From the NCBI GenBank assembly GCA_037446215.1, contig JBBIJB010000012.1, positions 35,150-48,317 on the forward strand: DNA of 13,168 nucleotides, given 5' to 3'. Positions 1 to 5,889 of the stretch are shown here, in pieces. Position 1 is the stretch's first letter, and each line of letters begins with the position of its first letter. The notes beneath the pieces were generated by a model. The model saw only the letters and a program-made list of their open reading frames with translations. It was not told the DNA's origin and ran no database searches. Both the position numbers and the translations under genes were made by a program. Source of the stretch: Armatimonadota bacterium (GTDB lineage: Bacteria > Sysuimicrobiota > Sysuimicrobiia > Sysuimicrobiales > Humicultoraceae).

Positions 1-1
1 C

Positions 2-565
2 GGCCTTTCGATACAGATCGTTGCCGTCACCTATCTATCCTCGGCGGTGGCTTCGTCCGAGATCGCGGCGGCAGGTGAGAAGGGCGTCGCCGACCTCGCC
101 CTCTCCGCGTTCTCCCCGCGTGCTGTGGCGCTGGGGAAGCTGCTCTCCGGGGCGGGCTACGCCGCCTACCTCGTTACCGTAGGCCTACCGTTCGCCTTCC
201 TCTCGGCCGGGCTCTGGGAGTTCCCTGCGCGGTCTGTCGCGTGGGCTGCTGCCATAGGCGCGGGGGCGGGTACAGCCGCCGGGGTCTGGGGGGCGTGGCT
301 CGGGGGGCGCGTCGCCGAGGGGCTGATGCGCGGGATATTGCACTGGACGGCCCTGCTTGTTGTGCTGTGGGGCGCCTACACGCTTCCGTTTCCCTGGTCC
401 CTGGCGAGCCCGCTGGCGGCACTCGATCTCGCGATCGGCGGCGCGCCCTCGCTCGTGGTCGGCACATCGGTTGCCTTCTACCTGGCTGCGGCTGGGACCG
501 GGGCTGCGTTCGTGGCAGCCAGGGTGCGCTGCCTGCGGTTGGAGGAGTCAGATGGGCAGGGCTAA
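2..565 (+). CDS. ABC-2-type transporter permease-like membrane protein (5'-truncated by window edge)
   Basis: Frame is open from base 2 (GLSIQIVAVTYLSSAVASSE...) to TAA 563-565. Several hydrophobic helices. The segment GEKGVADLALSAFSPRAVALGKLL resembles the E..G.L.LL..P.S....GK cytoplasmic motif of ABC-2 permeases, though degenerate. Confidence 0.65.
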   Translation, partial: GLSIQIVAVTYLSSAVASSEIAAAGEKGVADLALSAFSPRAVALGKLLSGAGYAAYLVTVGLPFAFLSAGLWEFPARSVAWAAAIGAGAGTAAGVWGAWLGGRVAEGLMRGILHWTALLVVLWGAYTLPFPWSLASPLAALDLAIGGAPSLVVGTSVAFYLAAAGTGAAFVAARVRCLRLEESDGQG

Positions 566-578
566 GGGAGGGGAGTCC

Positions 579-2138
579 TTGGATCGCGCGGCAGTGGTCG
601 GGGCGGTTGGCGAAGCACAGCGGCGGCTTGCTCTCCGCCGCGCCTGGAGGTGGGGAGGAACGCTCACGTCGGCCCTCTCAGGACTGACGTTGGCGCTCGT
701 GGCCGCCCGTCTAGCCCTGCCTCTCCGCGTGCCCTATCTGGAGATGGCGGCGGCGAGCGCGGCGGCCGGTCTGCTGGCCGCGGCCGTTCTCGCGGTCACG
801 TGGCGCATACCTCCGCTGCTCGCGGCCCAGGTGGTGGATCTCCGCCTGGCCGGGAGAGACCGGATGGCAACCGCGCTGGAGGCCATTTCAGGGAGCCTGC
901 GCCCGGGGACTCTTGCGGCGCCCGTCATCGACGATGCGGCTCGATGGGTCTCCGGTCGCAAGCTTGGTAACGGCCTCCCTGCCACGCCCGGCCGCGGCGC
1001 GGCCCTCGCGCTCGCCCTCACCGCAGCCGCACTGTTGGGTGGATGGGGGCTCGTGGGAGTCACGCTGCCGAGCACCCGTGCCCGGGAGGTGGCACGGACG
1101 ATAAAGCACGAGGGCCAGCGCCTGGAGAAGAGCGCCGGCATCTTGGAGGAGGAAGCCGGCGCTGCCAGGGCGAGGGCCACCCGGAGGCTGGCCCCCCTCT
1201 TGAGGGACTTGGGAAGGCGGCTGCAGGGCGAGCGGATGGACAGGCAGGCGGCGCTGGGAAGCATCGAGGCGCTCGGCCAGGAGGTTGAAGCCGCCTCCCG
1301 CGAGGTCCGCGACCGCAGGGGCCGTGAAGAGGGGCGCGCAGGAGAGCGGCCGCGCCCGGGGTTGCCCTCGGAGCTCTTCCAGCGACGGGCGGCTCTGGGC
1401 CGAGCCGTCCGCCAGCTCGCGGAGATCGGGGAGCGGCTGGGCCAGGATCCCTCGCCGCAGGATAGGGAGTCCCTGCGGCGCCAACTGGCCGCGCTCGGCG
1501 GCGTAGGTCGAGATGGGGATCTCCCTGCCCGGGCCCGGGAGCAGATCGAGGAGGCCAGGAGACGACTGGAGGCCGGCGATCTCTCCGGAGCCAGGCAGGC
1601 CGTGAGGCGGGGGGCCGAGGACCTCGACCGGCTCGACGCCATGCTGGCGGACGAGCAGGGACTGGACCAGGCCGCATCGCAGCTCCGCCGCTCCTCTGAG
1701 AGGATCGCCCGGGGCGGCGGGGCAGAGCCGCCGCCCGGAGAACAGCCGGCCCAGGCCGAGGCTCAGTCTACCGGGCGAGCGCCCGGTTCCAGACCCCCTC
1801 TGCAAGAGCCCGGAAGCGGGGAGCAGACTCCCCCGCCGGGCCCCAACCAGGGGACTGCCCCGGGCCAGGGAGGCGTTGAGGAGAAGATGGGAGACCGCAC
1901 CGCCCGCCTCGAGGGTGAGCGCCAGAGCAGGCAACTCCGGGGCCAGCAGTCCGAAGGGCGACTCACCGTATCCGAACTGCCGGGTCCGGGTCGCCCGGGC
2001 CAGGTGCGCGCCCCCCTGGGCGAGACGATCGCCATCGCGCGCGCCGAGGCCGACCGGTACATGGAGAGGATGCGGGTTCCCCCCGAGTACCGTGACGCGG
2101 TACGCCGCTACTTCGAGGCGCTCGCGGCACTGCGGTAG
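579..2138 (+). CDS. Membrane-anchored coiled-coil hypothetical protein of MoxR/vWA loci (DUF4175-like architecture)
   Basis: TTG at 579 follows a GGGAGGGGAG Shine-Dalgarno tract; ATG 552 is an alternative start. Three N-terminal hydrophobic helices with a D.RL...DR..TALE segment, a long E/R/A/L helical region, a G/P/Q-rich linker and a terminal VPPEYRDAVRRYFEAL helix. The 357-578 extension of the ORF track overlaps the upstream gene and is not supported. Confidence 0.7.
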   Translation: MDRAAVVGAVGEAQRRLALRRAWRWGGTLTSALSGLTLALVAARLALPLRVPYLEMAAASAAAGLLAAAVLAVTWRIPPLLAAQVVDLRLAGRDRMATALEAISGSLRPGTLAAPVIDDAARWVSGRKLGNGLPATPGRGAALALALTAAALLGGWGLVGVTLPSTRAREVARTIKHEGQRLEKSAGILEEEAGAARARATRRLAPLLRDLGRRLQGERMDRQAALGSIEALGQEVEAASREVRDRRGREEGRAGERPRPGLPSELFQRRAALGRAVRQLAEIGERLGQDPSPQDRESLRRQLAALGGVGRDGDLPARAREQIEEARRRLEAGDLSGARQAVRRGAEDLDRLDAMLADEQGLDQAASQLRRSSERIARGGGAEPPPGEQPAQAEAQSTGRAPGSRPPLQEPGSGEQTPPPGPNQGTAPGQGGVEEKMGDRTARLEGERQSRQLRGQQSEGRLTVSELPGPGRPGQVRAPLGETIAIARAEADRYMERMRVPPEYRDAVRRYFEALAALR

Positions 2139-2160
2139 GCCGCGTCGAGAGGAGATGGGT

Positions 2161-3159
2161 ATGAACGCAGAGGGTTTCCGGTTGACATTCGAGGCGATAC
2201 GGAGCGAGATCCGACGCGTCATCGTGGGCCATGAGGACCTGATCGAGCAAGTGATGATCGCGCTTGTGGCCAACGGACACGTGCTGCTCGAGGGGGTGCC
2301 CGGCATCGGGAAGACCCTGTTGGTCAAGACGCTGGCGCAGTGCCTCGACGTGGGATACTCGAGGATCCAGTTCACCCCTGACCTGATGCCGGCCGACATC
2401 ATCGGTACCAACGTGGTGCTGCAGGACCCCGGGGGCCGGCGCTACTTCGAGTTCCAGCGCGGCCCGATCTTCTCCCAGATAGTACTCGCCGACGAGATCA
2501 ACCGGGCAACGCCCAAGACCCAGTCGGCGCTCCTGGAGGCGATGCAGGAGCGCACCATCTCGGCGCCGGGCGGCCCCTACGTGCTGGAGGATCCGTTCCT
2601 GGTCCTGGCCACGCAGAACCCGATAGAGATGGAGGGGACCTATCCCCTCCCGGAGGCCCAGATCGACAGGTTTCTCTTCAAGCTCCGGATGGACTCGCCG
2701 GGGTTGTCTCACCTGGTGGAGATCATAGACCGCACGACGGGGCCGAGCCCGGGGCCGCCCGCGGTCGTCGCGGACGCGCAGGTGATACGCGCCATGCAGC
2801 AGCTCGCGCGCGAGGTTCCGGCGGCCGCGCACGTGAAGCTCTACGCGGCCCGCCTGGTGCGGGCAACCCACCCCGACGACGGCTCAGCCGGCGCCATGGC
2901 GCGCAGGTACGTGCGATACGGCAGCAGCCCCAGGGGGGCCCAGGCGCTCCTGCTCGCGGGCAAGGTGAAGGCCCTTGCCGAGGGCAGGACGAGCGTGAGC
3001 GTGGAGGATCTGAAGGCGCTCGCGCTGCCCTCGCTGCGACATCGCGTCATACTCAACTTCGAGGGAGAGGCGGAGGGCGTGGACGCCGATGACGTGATGC
3101 GCGCCATCTCGTCAGAGGTGATCGCAACGCCGGCCGAGCAGGTCCCATGGAGCGGGTGA
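2161..3159 (+). CDS. moxR: MoxR family AAA+ ATPase (MoxR-proper type)
   Basis: GAGGAG SD 6 nt before ATG 2161. Walker A GVPGIGKT, RIQFTPDLMPADIIG, Walker B VLADEINRATPKTQSALLEAMQE, ATQNPIEMEGTYPLPEAQIDRF, YGSSPRG and LRHR motifs are all present. Confidence 0.96.
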   Translation: MNAEGFRLTFEAIRSEIRRVIVGHEDLIEQVMIALVANGHVLLEGVPGIGKTLLVKTLAQCLDVGYSRIQFTPDLMPADIIGTNVVLQDPGGRRYFEFQRGPIFSQIVLADEINRATPKTQSALLEAMQERTISAPGGPYVLEDPFLVLATQNPIEMEGTYPLPEAQIDRFLFKLRMDSPGLSHLVEIIDRTTGPSPGPPAVVADAQVIRAMQQLAREVPAAAHVKLYAARLVRATHPDDGSAGAMARRYVRYGSSPRGAQALLLAGKVKALAEGRTSVSVEDLKALALPSLRHRVILNFEGEAEGVDADDVMRAISSEVIATPAEQVPWSG

Positions 3160-4043
3160 GCCCGCCAACACTGCTGCTGGAGCCGGAGTTCCTGGCACGC
3201 CTGGAGAGGCTCGCCCTCCTGTCCAGGAGGCTGTACCGATCAGGCACCAGGGGCGATCGGCGCAGCACCACCCTGGGTCGGGGCGTGGAGTTCGCAGACT
3301 ACAGGTCCTACCAGGCGGGAGACGATTTCCGCTACATCGACTGGAACATCGCCTCCCGCCTCGACAGGCTTTTCGTGAAGCTCTTCAGCGAGGAGGAGGA
3401 CGTAACCGTCCACCTGCTCGTGGACGTCAGCAGCTCGATGTCGTTTGGCGAGCCTTCCAAGCTCTGGTACGCGGTGCGCACCGCCGCCGCCCTGGGCTTC
3501 ATAGGGCTCGCCGGCCTTGACCGGGTGGGCGCGGTGGCCTTCTCAGACCGCCCGGTGAGGACTCTCTCACCAAGGCGCGGGAGGGCGAGCGCCTTTGCCC
3601 TGTTCGACTTCCTCGCAGGCCTTACCCCGCAGGGCCAGAGCGACCTGGCCTCCACGCTGGCCGGCTATGCCGCCCGGACGCGGCGCAGAGGGGTGCTGGT
3701 CGTGATCTCCGACCTGATGTTCCCGGGAGGGGTAGAGCCAGGACTGCGCGCGGCGCGCTACCACCGTTTCGAGCCGGTCCTGCTGCACCTGCTTGCCGAG
3801 GAGGAACTGGAACCCCGCCTGGCAGGAGATCTGCGGCTCGTAGACAGCGAGAGCGGGAGGGCCGTTGACGTCACCGGTGATGCCGCCGCTTCGACCGCCT
3901 ACGCGCGGGCCAGGGACGCCTATCTCTCCGACCTCGAGCGGCTCTGCTTGCGCAGCGAGGTCGAGTACATACGGGTGGCAACCTCTGTGCCCATCGATGA
4001 CCTGATACTCCGCCACATGCGCGCCGTGGGCCTGGTGGCATGA
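3147..4043 (+). CDS. DUF58 domain-containing vWA-like protein (MoxR partner)
   Basis: G.RRS...GRGVEFADYRSYQAGDDFRYIDWN...RLDRLFVKLF.EE signature, MIDAS-like LVDVSSSM, and VISDL. Overlaps the moxR stop; GTG 3156 (GTGA overlap) is an alternative start. Confidence 0.93.
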   Translation: MERVSPPTLLLEPEFLARLERLALLSRRLYRSGTRGDRRSTTLGRGVEFADYRSYQAGDDFRYIDWNIASRLDRLFVKLFSEEEDVTVHLLVDVSSSMSFGEPSKLWYAVRTAAALGFIGLAGLDRVGAVAFSDRPVRTLSPRRGRASAFALFDFLAGLTPQGQSDLASTLAGYAARTRRRGVLVVISDLMFPGGVEPGLRAARYHRFEPVLLHLLAEEELEPRLAGDLRLVDSESGRAVDVTGDAAASTAYARARDAYLSDLERLCLRSEVEYIRVATSVPIDDLILRHMRAVGLVA

Positions 4044-4075
4044 TCCACGCCGCCTCGGCTGGGACACTCCGGTGA
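4040..4075 (+). other. Putative 11-codon bridging mini-ORF (MIHAASAGTLR)
   Basis: ATG 4040-4042 overlaps the DUF58 stop (ATGA), and TGA 4073-4075 overlaps the next gene's GTG start (GTGA). Translation is not demonstrated. Confidence 0.3.
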
Positions 4076-5889
4076 CGTTCGACGCGCCCGGCGCGCTCCT
4101 GTGGTTGGCGCTCGTGCCGGTGGTCTTGCTGTTGCACATGCTCCGGGCCCGGCGGGAGGTCCGCACCGTCCCGAGCACCCTGCTCTGGGAGAGGGCGGCG
4201 CGCGATCTCTCCTCTCGTATCCCGGTCCGCAGGCTCGAGCGAAGCCTGCTGCTTCTACTCCAGCTGCTGGCCATCTCTGCAGTCGCGCTGGCCCTTGCCC
4301 GGCCTCACGTCTCACTTCCGGCCGCCGCAGGAGGATCAATCGCCATCGTGGTGGATACCACCGCGAGCATGCGGGCGACCGACGTGGCGCCCAGCCGCCT
4401 GGACCAGGCGAAGCGGGAGGCACTCACCCTGCTGGAGGGGCTCGGCCGAGGCCGTCCGGTAGCGCTGATCTCGTCGGGCGCGCGGCCGGTGGTGGTCGTC
4501 GATCTGACCGCCGACCATGGGGCCGTTGCCGCTGCGATCGGTAGGCTGAGGCCCCAGGACAGTTGGGGAGAGATCGATGCCGGGGTCACTCTGGCCCTGG
4601 CGCTGCGACACAGCGGAAGGCCCCCTGCGGTGCACGTGTTCGGGGATGCACCCCCGACATCACCCGCAGTGGTATGGCACAGCATCGGCCGCGGGGGTGA
4701 GAATGCGGCCGTGAGCTCGGTCCAGCAGCGGCGGGATGCGCGGGGCGGCACGAGGCTGCTGGCGCGCCTGGAGGCGTTCGGCGCCTCACCCCAGCAGCGG
4801 GTGGCTGTGGTCTCGGTCAACGGAGCCGAAGTGGAGCGGCGCGGCGTCGAGTTGATCCCTGGAACCTCGAGCGTGATCGTCTCTGCCCTGGGCGACGCCT
4901 CGGGCATTGCGACAGTCTCGCTCGAGCCGGGAGATCTGCTCGCCTCGGACGATCTAGCCGTCGCGGCGGTCGGCAGGGCGGGGTTCCCGCGCGTGCTGGT
5001 AGTGGGCGGTCCCAACGCCGTGCTGGACGCCGCCTTGGGAGCGGTGCCCACCGGCGGGGTCTCGCGCGCCGATGAGCCCAGGCCGCAGGAGTGGTCCGGG
5101 TTCGATCTGGTTGTGTTGGACCGTGCTCCACTGGCTGAGCTTCCGCCCGGTGCCTACCTCATCATGGGTTCGGTCCCAGCCAACTTCCCCCTGAGAGTGA
5201 GGGGGATCGCGAGGGAGCAGGAGTTCAGGACCTCGTCAGCAACCCATCCGGTTACACGGCTGGTGGATCTTCGGGGGGTCCGTGTTGCGGAAGCCCTCGA
5301 CCTGGAGGTGCGAGGAGGTCAGGTCCTGGGGGAGGCGGCGGTCCCGCTTCTCTGGGCCTACGAGGGTCGCGGGACCCGCGCGGTTCTCCTGCCGTTTGGA
5401 CTGGCCCAGAGCGATCTCGCCCTGCACCCGGCCTTCCCGATACTGATCGCGAACTCCATGGAGTGGCTGGCCGGCGGGCTTCGGGTCTCACCGGGAGGCT
5501 CAGTCGTGACTCTGGCAGGAGGGCTGCGGGAGGCGTCCCTGAAGCGACCTGACGGAGCGGTCGTGGCAGTGGCTGCGAGGGCAGGGCTCTTCGAGCTGCC
5601 CGATCTCGATCGGGTGGGCGTCTACGTCCTGACGACCCCGCGGTGGCAGAGGGCCTGGGTGGTGTCCGCGGTAGACTCCAGGGAGTCCTCACTGGCTGTG
5701 CGGCCCCCGCATGCGCGCGCCGAGGAGGGTGGGCCTCGCCGCCGGGCACCCCTTCCGATCTCGCCCTGGCTGCTGCTGGCCGGGGCCGCGATCGTGTGCG
5801 GCGAGTGGTGGATGTGGGCGAGGACCGTTCCGGTCGCGCCGGTGGCGCCCCCAAGGAGACGCGGATCGGCCATCGGGGGCGGCCGATGA
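4072..5889 (+). CDS. BatA (N-terminal double-transmembrane) domain + vWA domain membrane protein
   Basis: Begins MTFDAPGALLWLALVPVVLLLHML...VPSTLLW...LLLLLQLLAISAVALALARP, a typical BatA-domain pattern. vWA segment IVVDTTASMRATD..PSRLDQAK. Later SDLALHPAFPILIAN segment and a C-terminal TM ending GEWW. Confidence 0.88.
   Translation: MTFDAPGALLWLALVPVVLLLHMLRARREVRTVPSTLLWERAARDLSSRIPVRRLERSLLLLLQLLAISAVALALARPHVSLPAAAGGSIAIVVDTTASMRATDVAPSRLDQAKREALTLLEGLGRGRPVALISSGARPVVVVDLTADHGAVAAAIGRLRPQDSWGEIDAGVTLALALRHSGRPPAVHVFGDAPPTSPAVVWHSIGRGGENAAVSSVQQRRDARGGTRLLARLEAFGASPQQRVAVVSVNGAEVERRGVELIPGTSSVIVSALGDASGIATVSLEPGDLLASDDLAVAAVGRAGFPRVLVVGGPNAVLDAALGAVPTGGVSRADEPRPQEWSGFDLVVLDRAPLAELPPGAYLIMGSVPANFPLRVRGIAREQEFRTSSATHPVTRLVDLRGVRVAEALDLEVRGGQVLGEAAVPLLWAYEGRGTRAVLLPFGLAQSDLALHPAFPILIANSMEWLAGGLRVSPGGSVVTLAGGLREASLKRPDGAVVAVAARAGLFELPDLDRVGVYVLTTPRWQRAWVVSAVDSRESSLAVRPPHARAEEGGPRRRAPLPISPWLLLAGAAIVCGEWWMWARTVPVAPVAPPRRRGSAIGGGR

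Noticed and set aside
1876..2160. N-terminal extensions in the ORF track (moxR 1876-2160; likewise 357-578, 5643-5885, 10578-10637)
   Set aside because: They overlap upstream genes. The downstream starts have SD sequences or stop/start overlaps and give family-typical N-termini.
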